This document shows positions 18,223 to 27,715 of a stretch of DNA of 64,000 nucleotides, one piece after another. The translations under genes were made by a program, and so were the position numbers. The stretch covers positions 2,144,001 through 2,208,000 of the forward strand of contig OZ220089.1 in NCBI GenBank assembly GCA_964291625.2, written 5' to 3'. How positions within the stretch are numbered: position 1 is the stretch's first letter; each line of letters begins with the position of its first letter. The notes beneath the pieces were generated by a model. It did not search any database. It was not told the origin of the DNA and saw only the letters and a program-made list of their open reading frames with translations. The stretch comes from Candidatus Latescibacterota bacterium (GTDB taxonomy: Bacteria > Latescibacterota > UBA2968 > UBA8231).

Positions 18223-19953
18223 CTACCCCGCCACCTGTACCGTGACGATGTCCAGGCCTTGGTACTTCTGGTGCCGGACCGAAGACGCGTAGTGGCGCAG
18301 CAGGCGGAAGGACAGCTCCCTCTCGTCCACGGTCTCGGCCTCCTCCTCCAGGTAGGCGAGACGGTCCTCCAGGTTCTCCTCGTCGAAGACGGCCAGGAAC
18401 TCCAGTTCCGCGGACCCGCCCTGGCGCCGTGCGGAGATGAGGAGGCGGGGCGCCTCTCCCCCGGCCCCGTCCTCCTGCTGCAGCAAGCTCGCGAAGGCCT
18501 CCTCCCCCGCCGAGCGCAGCCGCCCGGCGGCCTCGGCGCCCCAACCCATCCCGGCGGCCATCTCCAGCAGAAAGGCGTCGATCCGCGGAAGGTCGGAAGG
18601 GACCATCCGGACCTCCAGGCGCCGGCGCCGGGGGCTGGTCACCTCCAGGAAGGCCGTGAGGGCGATCGCCGTGGCCGTGCCCATGGTCATGCCGTTGCCC
18701 AGCAACGGCCCCCAGGGATCTCCCATGAGGCCGTCGAGGATGTCGCTGTGCTCCATGCCGAGACCGATGGAGAACGCCAGTCCCGCCACGATCGCGTTCT
18801 GCAGGTCGAGGCCGGCCCGCGCGAGAGTCTGTATCCCCTCCATGAAGAACATGCCGAGGGCCACCAGCAGGAAGCCCCCCATGACCGGGTTGGGGATGGC
18901 GAGAATCACTCCGGTCACCTTCGGACAGAAGGCCAGCACCGCGAGAAGGGCCCCCATGGCATATCCCACCTTGCGGGCCGAAACCCCGGTGAGGCGGATC
19001 AGGGAGGCCGTGAACGAGGAGTAGGAGCTCGTGGGCGGCGTCCCGGCCAGGCCCGACATCATGATGCCCGCCCCGTTGGCGTAGATCGAGCCCTGGACCA
19101 GGCGGAAGTCGGTCGCCCGGGGCCGGGGCCGCGCCGCCTGCTGGGCGACCATGCCGTCGCTGAGGTTCTTGATCGCCTGCACGAGGGTCACGATCAGGAA
19201 CATGGGAAGCAGGGCCCAGAGCCCGGAGGTCGGCCTCAGCTCCAGTCCCGGGAATCCGATCTCCGGAGCCCCGATCCAGGAAGCCCCGGCCAGACGGCCG
19301 AGGTCGTACAGTCCGAATGGCACCGACGCGGCGCAGCCCGCGGCGATGCCGATCAGCAGCGACCACGGCCTCCAGGTGCCGGGAGCGCGGAGCATCAGCA
19401 TCGTCGTGACGAAGAGGGTGACCGCGCCCGCCAGCGGGCCCGACACGGCCGATGCGCCCTCCGGTATCTCCCCCAGCCGATCGAAAGCGATGGGCAGGAC
19501 CATGGCCGCGATCAGCATGAGAACGGTGCCCGAGACGACCGGCGTGATGATGCGGCGCAGCAGCGGCAGCCACGTCGCAACGGCGATGTAGAAGAGCGAG
19601 GAGAGGACCACGAGACTGGCCAGCAGGGACGGCCCCCCCGTCTCCAGGGCCAGGACCGACACGGGAATGAAGTTCGGCGTGACGCCGGTGATGAGCAGGT
19701 GGCCGCCGCCCAGCCTGCCGATCCGGGCCGCCTGCAGGGCCGTGGCCGCCCCGGTGATGAGCAGGGCCGCGAAGACGGCCCACGACATGACGCGCTGATC
19801 CTGGCCGGCGGCGAGCACGGTGATGGCCACGACCAGCACCGTGGGCGCCAGCACGATGAGGATACCCTGAGCTCCGACCCCCAGGGCGAGGAACGGGGGA
19901 CACGGCTCGTCGGGTCCGTAGCGGGTCTCTTCCTCCAGCTGGGGTTTCTCCAA
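18223..19953 (-). CDS. NCS2 xanthine/uracil-type permease fused to a C-terminal degenerate RsbW-like HATPase domain
   Basis: RYGPDE start, ATALQAARIGRLGGGHL, ITPVVSGTV, LTGVSARKVG, IPNPVMGG; about 135-aa soluble tail; start TTG 19953 is approximate. Confidence 0.85.
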   Translation of the reverse strand: MEKPQLEEETRYGPDEPCPPFLALGVGAQGILIVLAPTVLVVAITVLAAGQDQRVMSWAVFAALLITGAATALQAARIGRLGGGHLLITGVTPNFIPVSVLALETGGPSLLASLVVLSSLFYIAVATWLPLLRRIITPVVSGTVLMLIAAMVLPIAFDRLGEIPEGASAVSGPLAGAVTLFVTTMLMLRAPGTWRPWSLLIGIAAGCAASVPFGLYDLGRLAGASWIGAPEIGFPGLELRPTSGLWALLPMFLIVTLVQAIKNLSDGMVAQQAARPRPRATDFRLVQGSIYANGAGIMMSGLAGTPPTSSYSSFTASLIRLTGVSARKVGYAMGALLAVLAFCPKVTGVILAIPNPVMGGFLLVALGMFFMEGIQTLARAGLDLQNAIVAGLAFSIGLGMEHSDILDGLMGDPWGPLLGNGMTMGTATAIALTAFLEVTSPRRRRLEVRMVPSDLPRIDAFLLEMAAGMGWGAEAAGRLRSAGEEAFASLLQQEDGAGGEAPRLLISARRQGGSAELEFLAVFDEENLEDRLAYLEEEAETVDERELSFRLLRHYASSVRHQKYQGLDIVTVQVAG

Positions 19954-19964
19954 GACGCCCGGGC

Positions 19965-21224
19965 TCAGGGCTCGAAGTGGAAGACCACCGGCAGCCCGGC
20001 CGTATCCGTGACCCCCGTGTCGGTGTGGTGGTAGATGTTCACCCTCCCCGTGCCGCAGTCGCCGAAGCCGTCGCAGGAGAGGGTCCCGATGAGGCCCGTG
20101 AAGCCCTCGGTGGCCCCGAGCTCCTCGCGCAGAGTGGCGCGGTCGACCCGCAGGGTCCCGCCGTCCTCCTCGGCGGCGGACTCGATGGCGCTGAGGAGCA
20201 CCGTGGTGGCGTCGTAGGCGTGGGCCCAGTACGGAGAGGTCGGAGGGCCGCCGTAGGTGGATTCGAAGGCGGCGAGCACCTCGTCCGCGCTCTTCCCCGT
20301 CGACCCGTTGACGTTCGACCCGAGGTCCGCCTCCGGACCGGCGAAGTACATGCCTTCCGACTGCGGGGTCCCGAGGAACTCCGAGACGAACAGGGCCGCG
20401 CCGGTGATCAGGGTCACCCCTTCCAGGCCGTCGAAGGCCCGCGCCTGCTCGGCGAAGGGCGTGCCCTCCCCCTCGAAGAGGGGGAAGAAGATGCCGTCGG
20501 GGCCGGCCTCGGCGAACTCCGCGAGGACGGAGGTCATGTCCGTGGCGCCCTTGTCGATCGTGGACGTGACGGGAACCTCTCCGCCGATGGCGAGGAAGGC
20601 CGAGGCGAAGGCGCTCACCAGGGCCGAGGTGTACGGGTCCCCGTCGTCGACGGCGGCCATGCGCCGCAAGCCCAGCTCGTTGTAGGCGAAGTCGGCCACG
20701 GCCTGTGCCTGGTAGAGGTCGTTGTTGGAGACCCGGAAGTAGCCGGCGTGGTAGTCCGGATTGGCATTGCCGGCCAGGTCGGAGGTCAGCAGGGGCGAGG
20801 TGTTGCTCGGCGAGACCATCACCAGCCCCGCTTCGCTGATCACCGGCGCCGCGGCGACGGCCGCGGCCGAGCAGGAGGTGCCTATGATCCCCAGCACCCG
20901 GCCATCGGCGGCGATCTGCTCGGCGCCGGCGCGGCCGCCCTCCGGCGAGCACATGGCGTCCATCGCTTCGCCGAGATCCACCGCGTGACCGTGGATGCTG
21001 CCGAAGTCCGCCACGGCCAGCTCGCACCCTTGGCGCAGCGCCGCCCCAAGGGACGGCACGACCGTGATGGAGAGCAGAGAGCGGATCTGCACGGCCTCGT
21101 CGGCTCCGATCTCGACGGCGCCGAGCGGTCCGGGCTCGGGGCCCACGGAGTCATCCTCGCCGCCGCATCCCATCGCCAGGACGGCGAGGACCGGGAGGGA
21201 GCACTTCCTGATCGTTATGAACAT
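19965..21224 (-). CDS. LivK-like solute-binding lipoprotein (orphan)
   Basis: Lipobox LAMGC; IIGTSCS, VSPSNTSP, FRVSNND, AHAYDAT; AGGAG RBS. Confidence 0.9.
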   Translation of the reverse strand: MFITIRKCSLPVLAVLAMGCGGEDDSVGPEPGPLGAVEIGADEAVQIRSLLSITVVPSLGAALRQGCELAVADFGSIHGHAVDLGEAMDAMCSPEGGRAGAEQIAADGRVLGIIGTSCSAAAVAAAPVISEAGLVMVSPSNTSPLLTSDLAGNANPDYHAGYFRVSNNDLYQAQAVADFAYNELGLRRMAAVDDGDPYTSALVSAFASAFLAIGGEVPVTSTIDKGATDMTSVLAEFAEAGPDGIFFPLFEGEGTPFAEQARAFDGLEGVTLITGAALFVSEFLGTPQSEGMYFAGPEADLGSNVNGSTGKSADEVLAAFESTYGGPPTSPYWAHAYDATTVLLSAIESAAEEDGGTLRVDRATLREELGATEGFTGLIGTLSCDGFGDCGTGRVNIYHHTDTGVTDTAGLPVVFHFEP

Positions 21225-21328
21225 GGTCACGTCTCCTGGCGAATCACGTGGAGGCCACGGGGGAGGGCCCGAGGCCGGCCAGCCCCGGAATGACCGCGGC
21301 ACGAAGTCGCTTCACGACGATCTCCCTG

Positions 21329-21757
21329 CTACTCCCTCTTCCTCAGGAGATGGATCCCCATGGCGCCCAACAGGAGCGGAAGGGTGGCGTCGATGAGTAT
21401 CCACACCAGGGTGGCCGTATCGTTGCCCGGGGCGGTGAAGCGGGGCATGAGCAGGTTGAACCAGCTCCAGAAGAAGAGGATGCCCACGCACAGGAGCCCG
21501 TAGAGCTGGGTGTTGGCAGCGAGGTACTCGCGGGTCACTCCGGCGTCGGTTCCCTGGCCGTCGGCCTCCTGCTTCCGCCGGTACCCGAGGATGAGGCCCA
21601 GGACGATGGCCACTGCCATCAGGGGGTCCAGGATGTTCCAGGCGGGGCTGTACGGCTGCCCGTCACTCGACACGTGGTACAGAGGTTCGAGGACGGTGTG
21701 AACGGCGACCGCTGCCGCCACCGCGGTCAGGAAGACGCCGACTATGCGCTTGAGCAT
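21329..21757 (-). CDS. Hypothetical 4-TM membrane protein
   Basis: Four hydrophobic segments, GAAGGAG RBS, 12 bp after the transglutaminase stop. Confidence 0.75.
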   Translation of the reverse strand: MLKRIVGVFLTAVAAAVAVHTVLEPLYHVSSDGQPYSPAWNILDPLMAVAIVLGLILGYRRKQEADGQGTDAGVTREYLAANTQLYGLLCVGILFFWSWFNLLMPRFTAPGNDTATLVWILIDATLPLLLGAMGIHLLRKRE

Positions 21758-21769
21758 GACTCAGCTCCT

Positions 21770-22729
21770 TCAGGTCAAGGTGGTCCGGGGCTCCACCTTC
21801 GTCTCCACGGGGCCCTGGAGTGCCGACTGGCTCTGCCTCGAAGAGGCGTCGCTGGACTGCGCCATCATGCCGCTGTCAGGGTCCCCGCCGGCGGCGGTCA
21901 CCCATACCTCGACCTCGAGCCGGATCTCCCCGCCGCCGTGGAGGATGCCTCGGGTCGGAGAGACGTCCCGGTAGTCGCGGCCCGTGGCGATGCGCACCTC
22001 CCCGCCCCCGCCGGCGAGGCTCTGGTTGGTGGGGTCGAAGCCCACCCAGCCGAGCCCCGGCAGCCGGCACTCGACCCAGGCGTGCGTGGCGTTGCCGGTC
22101 CCGTGGACGTAGCCGGAGACATAGCGGGCGGGGATGCCCCAGGAGCGGACGATGGCGATCATGAGGTGAGAGTAGTCCTGGCAGACCCCGCGCCCCGTCT
22201 CCAGGATGTGCTCGACGGAGGACTCCGCCGAGGTGCTCCCGGGGATGTACTCCAGGCGGCCGAAGAGGGTGTCGGAGAGCCTCGACAGGCTCTGGAGAGG
22301 GTCGCCGCAGGGCTCGATGCCATGGCGCGCGACGAATGCGTCGAGACCGGGCGAGGGCTGCACGAGAGCGCTCGGGCGCGTGAAGCTCCAGTCGGCGAAG
22401 GTCCCCTTCGGGGAGCGGATCTCCGCCCAGGCGCCGTCCCTCAGGCGTTCCGGCAGGGCGGGGGCAGGGGCCGCATCGACGGTGGAGCGGGTCCTGATCT
22501 CGAGGCTCTGGTGCTCGCCGTGAAGGTCGAGGAGATGCCTGGCATTGCCGAAGCTGTCCGTCTCGCGGTTGAGGGAAGCCGCCGGACGCGTCTCGATCTC
22601 GAATTCGAGGAGCCGCTGGCCGCGGTCCTGCAGCGGCTCGAGGCAGAGCAGCATGACGCACTGCCGCACGCTGCTGTCATAGCTGTAGCGCGAGAGGTGC
22701 TCGATCTCGTAACGGACGGCTCCGGACAT
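21770..22729 (-). CDS. Transglutaminase-like protein (Bact_transglu_N plus core)
   Basis: YEIEHLSRYSY, DSFGN; catalytic GVCQDYSH, HAWVE, GFDPTN; GRDYRDVSP. Confidence 0.92.
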   Translation of the reverse strand: MSGAVRYEIEHLSRYSYDSSVRQCVMLLCLEPLQDRGQRLLEFEIETRPAASLNRETDSFGNARHLLDLHGEHQSLEIRTRSTVDAAPAPALPERLRDGAWAEIRSPKGTFADWSFTRPSALVQPSPGLDAFVARHGIEPCGDPLQSLSRLSDTLFGRLEYIPGSTSAESSVEHILETGRGVCQDYSHLMIAIVRSWGIPARYVSGYVHGTGNATHAWVECRLPGLGWVGFDPTNQSLAGGGGEVRIATGRDYRDVSPTRGILHGGGEIRLEVEVWVTAAGGDPDSGMMAQSSDASSRQSQSALQGPVETKVEPRTTLT

Positions 22730-22734
22730 CGATC

Positions 22735-23700
22735 TCAGTGCACCGGGGAGTCCTCGACCGCGTAGTCGAAGAAGGCGGCGGTCACGAGGTCGTGCAGGTT
22801 CCGGCAGTGCTCCCCCACCTGGGCCAGCAGGACCTCGCGGTCTTCCCGGTCCGGCCATTCGTAGCGGATCAGGGCGCACAGGCGGCCGCCTAGACGCCCG
22901 GCCGCCGCCCCGGCGCGGGCCCCCGGCCCGGAACCGCTGGCGGCGAGCTCCTCCGCCAGGGAGTCGAGGGCCCGGCACAGGGAGCCGGGCAGCAGGGGAT
23001 CGGTGACCAGCAGGTCCAGCACCCGGTCGCCCTGGACCTCGACGCTGTACCTCCTCTTGTAGGCTTCGAAGGCCTGGCAGGCGCGCAGCAGGCTCATCCA
23101 GCCCCGGTCGGCGGTTCCTCCCTGCTCCCGGCCGGCGAGCTGGGCCTGCAGGAAGGCGGACAGCAGCTGGACCCTTTCGATGAAGCGGCCGAGCCGCATG
23201 AATCGCCAGCCTTCGTCGCGGTACATGGTCGCCTCGGCGACACCGCTGAAGGTGTCGATCTCCCGGGTGGTCTCGGCGTAGAAGCTCTCCGGCGAGACCT
23301 TCCAGATGTCCTCGATGCCGATGTCGCGGATGCGCAGCCACGAGAGGTTGAGGCAGGTCCACATCTCGGCGCTGATGCAGTTGCGCATCTGGCGGGCGTT
23401 CTCGCGGCCCAGGGCGACGCAGCGGCGCACCGAATCCGGGTTGGAGCGCTCGAAGGTGAGGTCCCCGGCCAGGGTGTAGGAATCGGCCAGGACGTAGTCG
23501 TCGCTGCCGCCGGTACCAAGATCCCCGCCCGGGGGCAGGCGGCCGAGGCCGGCGTAGATCCGGCTCCAGCCCCAGTGGATCTCCTCCACGGGCCGGTCCA
23601 CCAGTGACTCCACCTGCAGGCGCAGCAGACGGCAGAGATGCTCCGCCCGCTCGAGGTAGCGGCCCATCCAGTACAGGCCCTGGCCGCTGCGCGCGAGCAT
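22735..23700 (-). CDS. Alpha-E domain protein (DUF403)
   Basis: LYWMGRYLERAE, RENARQMR..IS.EMW and second LGRFIER repeat. Confidence 0.92.
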   Translation of the reverse strand: MLARSGQGLYWMGRYLERAEHLCRLLRLQVESLVDRPVEEIHWGWSRIYAGLGRLPPGGDLGTGGSDDYVLADSYTLAGDLTFERSNPDSVRRCVALGRENARQMRNCISAEMWTCLNLSWLRIRDIGIEDIWKVSPESFYAETTREIDTFSGVAEATMYRDEGWRFMRLGRFIERVQLLSAFLQAQLAGREQGGTADRGWMSLLRACQAFEAYKRRYSVEVQGDRVLDLLVTDPLLPGSLCRALDSLAEELAASGSGPGARAGAAAGRLGGRLCALIRYEWPDREDREVLLAQVGEHCRNLHDLVTAAFFDYAVEDSPVH

Positions 23701-25134
23701 TCAGTTCTCCAGCACCCAGAGGTCCTTGCCGCCGCCGCCCTGGCTCGAGTTGACAACGATGCTGCCCCGGCGCAACGCCACCCGGCAGAAGGCCCCGGGG
23801 ACGATGCGGGTCTCTCGGCCGTGGAGGACGAAGGGGCGCAGGTCGACATGGCGCGGCTCCGGACGGCCCTCTATGAAGCAGGGCGCACGCGACAGGGCCA
23901 GCACCGGCTGCGAGATGAATGCCGCCGGGTCGGCCCGAAGCTCCTCGGCGTAGGCGTGGCGCTCCTCCGCGGTCGAGTGGGGACCGACGAGCATGCCGTA
24001 GCCGCCGGACTCGCCCACCCGCTTGACGATGAGGTCCTGCAGGTTGTCGAGGGTGTACTCCAGGTCGCCAGGCCTTCGGCACAGGTAGGTCTCGACGCTG
24101 GCGAGGATCGGCTCCTCGCCGAGGTAGTAGCGGATCATGTCGGGGACGAAGGCGTAGACGCTCTTGTCGTCGGCCACCCCCGTCCCCGGGGCGTTGGCCA
24201 GGGCGACGCGCCCGCTCTTGTAGGCGTGCATCAGCCCCGGCACTCCGAGGAGCGAGTCGGAACGGAAGACGAGGGGGTCGAGGAAGTCGTCGTCCACCCT
24301 GCGGTAGATGACATCCACGCGCCGCAGTCCTTCGGTGGTGCGCATGTAGACGAAGCCGTCGTTGACCAGCAGGTCGCGGCCTTCAACGAGGGCTGCGCCG
24401 ATCTCCTGGGCCAGGAAGATGTGCTCGTAGAAGGCCGAGTTGGCCACCCCCGGGGTGAGCAGGGCGATGCAGGGGTCGGGACCCCCGCCGGGAGCGAGCT
24501 CGCGGAGCGTCTCGAGCAGCACCTGCCCGTACTGCTCCACCTCCCGGACCCGGCAGTCGCGGTAGAGGCGGCGCAGGCTCGACTTGACCACCTTGCGGTT
24601 GGCGATCATGTAGGAGACTCCGGAGGGCACCCGCAGGTTGTCCTCGAGCACCAGCCAGCCGTCGTTGGTGCGCACCAGGTCGGTGCCGCAGACGGCGACC
24701 CAGGTCCCGTGGGACACCGGAACCCCGCACATCTCGACGCGGTACTGGGGACAACCGCGCACCAGGTCGACAGGGACCACGCCGTCGGCGATGATCCGGG
24801 CCCCCCCGTACACGTCCTCCAGAAAGCGGTTCAGGGCGGCCAGGCGCTGGGTGAGCCCCGTCTCCAGGTGCCGCCACTCCTCGGCGGAGAGGATGCGGGG
24901 AACGCAGTCGACGGGGATGATGCGCTCGTCCGCCTCGTCGTCGCCGTACACCGTGAAGGTGATGCCCTCGTTGGAGAAGGAGCGCGTGACCCGCTCCTGG
25001 ATCCGGCCCGCTTCCTCCGCGGAGAGCTGGCTCAAGGTGTCGTACAGAGGCTGGCAGTGCCCGCGCGTCGTGCCGTCCGGCAGGAACATCTCGTCGTAGA
25101 TCGCGGCGTCGAGATCGTAGGCGTCGAAGTCCAT
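23701..25134 (-). CDS. Circularly permuted type 2 ATP-grasp protein
   Basis: GITFTVY, VLEDNLRVPSGVSY, IYRRVDDDFLDP, GTGVADDK, HVDLRPF, VNSSQGGGGKD. Confidence 0.95.
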   Translation of the reverse strand: MDFDAYDLDAAIYDEMFLPDGTTRGHCQPLYDTLSQLSAEEAGRIQERVTRSFSNEGITFTVYGDDEADERIIPVDCVPRILSAEEWRHLETGLTQRLAALNRFLEDVYGGARIIADGVVPVDLVRGCPQYRVEMCGVPVSHGTWVAVCGTDLVRTNDGWLVLEDNLRVPSGVSYMIANRKVVKSSLRRLYRDCRVREVEQYGQVLLETLRELAPGGGPDPCIALLTPGVANSAFYEHIFLAQEIGAALVEGRDLLVNDGFVYMRTTEGLRRVDVIYRRVDDDFLDPLVFRSDSLLGVPGLMHAYKSGRVALANAPGTGVADDKSVYAFVPDMIRYYLGEEPILASVETYLCRRPGDLEYTLDNLQDLIVKRVGESGGYGMLVGPHSTAEERHAYAEELRADPAAFISQPVLALSRAPCFIEGRPEPRHVDLRPFVLHGRETRIVPGAFCRVALRRGSIVVNSSQGGGGKDLWVLEN

Positions 25135-25167
25135 GGGACGGCTCGCCGGCGGTGAGTGCGGAGCTGT

Positions 25168-26574
25168 TCAGTCCGGGTCCCGGAAGTCCCCCCCCTCCTC
25201 GGCATCGACCATGAGGGCGAATTCGGGGTAGGCGTCGATGCCCAGCTCACCCGCGTCCTGGCCGATGTCCTCCACGTCGCGCGAGACCCGGGCGCCCACG
25301 GTCCTGCTCAGCCCGAGCCACAGCAGGAGGGAAACGGTGAAGACGAAGGCTCCCACGCTCAGCACTCCGATGAGCTGCACGTGGAACTTCCCTCCCGCGG
25401 CGATGCAGACCGCCAGGGTGCCCCAGATGCCCGCGAGGAGATGGGCGGGAACCGCCCCGACAACGTCGTCGATCCTCAAGCGCTCCAGCAGCTTCAGTCC
25501 CGCCGTGCACAGGACCGAGCCCACGGCGCCGATGACGATCGCCCACCTGGGATCGGTGATGTCCGGCCCGGCGGTGATCGCCACCAGGCCGGCGATGGCG
25601 CCGTTGAGGGCGGCGAAGAGATCGGTCCTTCCGAGGATGGGCCGCGACACGAGGATCGCCGTTACCACGCCCGCCGCGGCGGCCAGGTTGGTGTTCACCA
25701 GGACATTGCTCATGGCCACCGCATCGGACACGCCGGCAAGGGCCAGCTGGGAGCCGCCGTTGAAGCCGAACCAGCCCAGCCAGAGGATGAAGACCCCGAG
25801 GGTGACGGCGGGGATGTTGGACGGAGGCGTGACCTTCACCGAGCCGTCCTTGCGGAACTTGCCCCAACGCGGCCCCACGACGATGGCGCCCGCCAGGGCC
25901 GCCCAGCCGCCGGTGGAATGGACGATGGTGGAACCCGCGAAGTCCTGGAAACCCATCTTGGCGAGCCAGCCCCCTCCCCAGGTCCAGGCGCCGACGACGG
26001 GGTAGATGATCGCGGTCAGGACCGCGGTGAAGGCGAAGAAGGCCCAGAGCTTGACCCGCTCGGCCAGGGTCCCCGAGACGATGGAGGCGGTGGTGGCCAC
26101 GAAGACCATCTGGAAGAACCAGTCCGACATGGTGGAGTAATTGCTGGCCGCCACCCCCGCCAGGGCCGACTCGTCCCCGCCCAGCAGGGCCCGTTCAGCT
26201 GCGGAGGGCCCGTAGAAGAGGTCGAAGGAGCCGATCAGGGCCCCCACATCGACGTACATGAGGCTGTACCCGATGATGTAGTAGGCGAGGCCGGCGATGG
26301 AGTACAGGCCGATATTCTTGAGGCAGATCATGGAGGCGTTCTTCGAGCGCACCGAGCCGGACTCCAGCATGGTGAAGCCGGCGCACATCCACATGATGAG
26401 GACGCCCCAGACCAGGAAGGAGAAGGTGTTGAGGACGAAGTCGGTCTCGGCGGAGGCCGACGCCGGCGAAGGAGCCAGGAGGATCGCGGCGATGGCGAGG
26501 ATCCCGGCGGCGCCGGCCATTCCGGGGATCCGCGACTTTCGTTCCGTGGCAGGTTGGTCTTGACGTACTCTCAT
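25168..26574 (-). CDS. amt: Ammonium transporter
   Basis: GFTMLESG..RSKN, FFQMVF, SGTLAER, DFAGSTIVH, WFGFNGGS, DDVVGAVPAH (twin His); start 26574 or 26520. Confidence 0.95.
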   Translation of the reverse strand: MRVRQDQPATERKSRIPGMAGAAGILAIAAILLAPSPASASAETDFVLNTFSFLVWGVLIMWMCAGFTMLESGSVRSKNASMICLKNIGLYSIAGLAYYIIGYSLMYVDVGALIGSFDLFYGPSAAERALLGGDESALAGVAASNYSTMSDWFFQMVFVATTASIVSGTLAERVKLWAFFAFTAVLTAIIYPVVGAWTWGGGWLAKMGFQDFAGSTIVHSTGGWAALAGAIVVGPRWGKFRKDGSVKVTPPSNIPAVTLGVFILWLGWFGFNGGSQLALAGVSDAVAMSNVLVNTNLAAAAGVVTAILVSRPILGRTDLFAALNGAIAGLVAITAGPDITDPRWAIVIGAVGSVLCTAGLKLLERLRIDDVVGAVPAHLLAGIWGTLAVCIAAGGKFHVQLIGVLSVGAFVFTVSLLLWLGLSRTVGARVSRDVEDIGQDAGELGIDAYPEFALMVDAEEGGDFRDPD

Positions 26575-26729
26575 CTCGATATGCTCCTGCGCTGGATTTC
26601 GGCATGTGCCGTTCATCGGTTTGCGATGGGTGGTGTTCGCGCGAGCACCGCCCTGGCCGGGCCGTGCGCCGACGGACACTCCGCGCCGACGGCCTCCCGC
26701 GGATGCGCTGCACTCCATGGATCTCGGGC

Positions 26730-27065
26730 CTACCCGAAGCTGTCGCGGGCCTCCTCCACCGTTTCGAAAACCTTGGCGAGACGGGAGAAGCCGCTGATCT
26801 CCAGGACCTCGTTGATGTGGTCGGGCACCCGGCACAGGGCCAGCCCGCCACCGGCTGCGCTCGTCTTCCTGATGGCGATCAGGAAGACCCGCAGCCCGGC
26901 ACTGCTGATGTAGTTGAGCTCGCCGCAATCGACCACGAGGCCGGTGGCCCCCTTGTCGATGATGGCACTCAGCTCCTCTTCGAATTCCTTGGCATTCGCG
27001 GAATCCACGCGGCCGCTGACCGCGGCGACGGCCGTGCTTCCGGTCTGGCTGGTCTCAACGTTCAT
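26730..27065 (-). CDS. STAS anti-sigma-factor antagonist (RsbV/SpoIIAA-like)
   Basis: SGRVDS, YISSAGLR with phospho-acceptor Ser, VLEISGF; ATGA overlap with the upstream kinase. Confidence 0.93.
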   Translation of the reverse strand: MNVETSQTGSTAVAAVSGRVDSANAKEFEEELSAIIDKGATGLVVDCGELNYISSAGLRVFLIAIRKTSAAGGGLALCRVPDHINEVLEISGFSRLAKVFETVEEARDSFG

Positions 27066-27502
27066 GCATCGTCCTCCGGAGCCTCCAAGGGTTGCACAAG
27101 GTTCAGGCGATTGCATCCGTCCACCCGCTCGTAGGTGAGCTTCTGGACGAATGCCTTGGTTAGGTGGATGCCGAGGCCGCCGATGGTACGGTCCGTGGCG
27201 GGAAGGGCCACATCGGGCTCGGCGGCGTCCTCGAGGGGGTTGAAAGGTCTTCCATTGTCAACGATAACAGCCCCCACCTCGGTATCGTCGAGGTGGAGAG
27301 TCACGGTGATGACCGCGTCCTGAGCGTCCTCCGGGAATCCGTAGGAAATCACGTTTGTCAGAATCTCGTCCAGGGCCAGCTGAAACCCGAAAACCGTCCT
27401 CTCCGGCAGCCCGTTCTCGGCCCCGAAACGCTCGAACTGCTCCGCAATGCGCCGGGGCTCCTCACTGTCGAGGCTGACGTCGAATCTCAGAGTGACATCC
27501 AT
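27062..27502 (-). CDS. RsbW/SpoIIAB-like anti-sigma factor Ser kinase (HATPase_c_2)
   Basis: LALDEILTNVISYG, DNGRPFNP, IGGLGIHL, YERVDGCN; start 27502 or 27511. Confidence 0.92.
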   Translation of the reverse strand: MDVTLRFDVSLDSEEPRRIAEQFERFGAENGLPERTVFGFQLALDEILTNVISYGFPEDAQDAVITVTLHLDDTEVGAVIVDNGRPFNPLEDAAEPDVALPATDRTIGGLGIHLTKAFVQKLTYERVDGCNRLNLVQPLEAPEDDA

Positions 27503-27650
27503 TCTCGTCATCCCTCGGGACAAAGGGACGGATTCCGGCCGGGGCCGGCGGCCTCCCCAAGGCGGCAGCGACCGAGGATCCGGCCGTCCCGCCGGGAAAG
27601 ATCATAAGCCCCGATGCCCGCCACAAGGCGGGGCAGGCTTTGCAAGTTGA

Positions 27651-27715
27651 AGCTGCCGTGCCGGCAGCTGACTATTCCCTGACTGGTTGACAGCTCTAGT
27701 AGTAGAGTAAGAGCT
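27651..27715. promoter_or_regulatory. Divergent promoter region with inverted repeats
   Basis: AGCTGCCG-TGC-CGGCAGCT (27651-27669); TTGACA at 27687; AGCTCT..AGAGCT (27692-27715) in an AT-rich patch. Confidence 0.4.

Noticed and set aside
27629-27644. GG-N10-GC sigma54-like box facing the TBDR
   Set aside because: Poor -24 element (CGGGGC rather than TGGCAC) and about 670 bp from the start codon.
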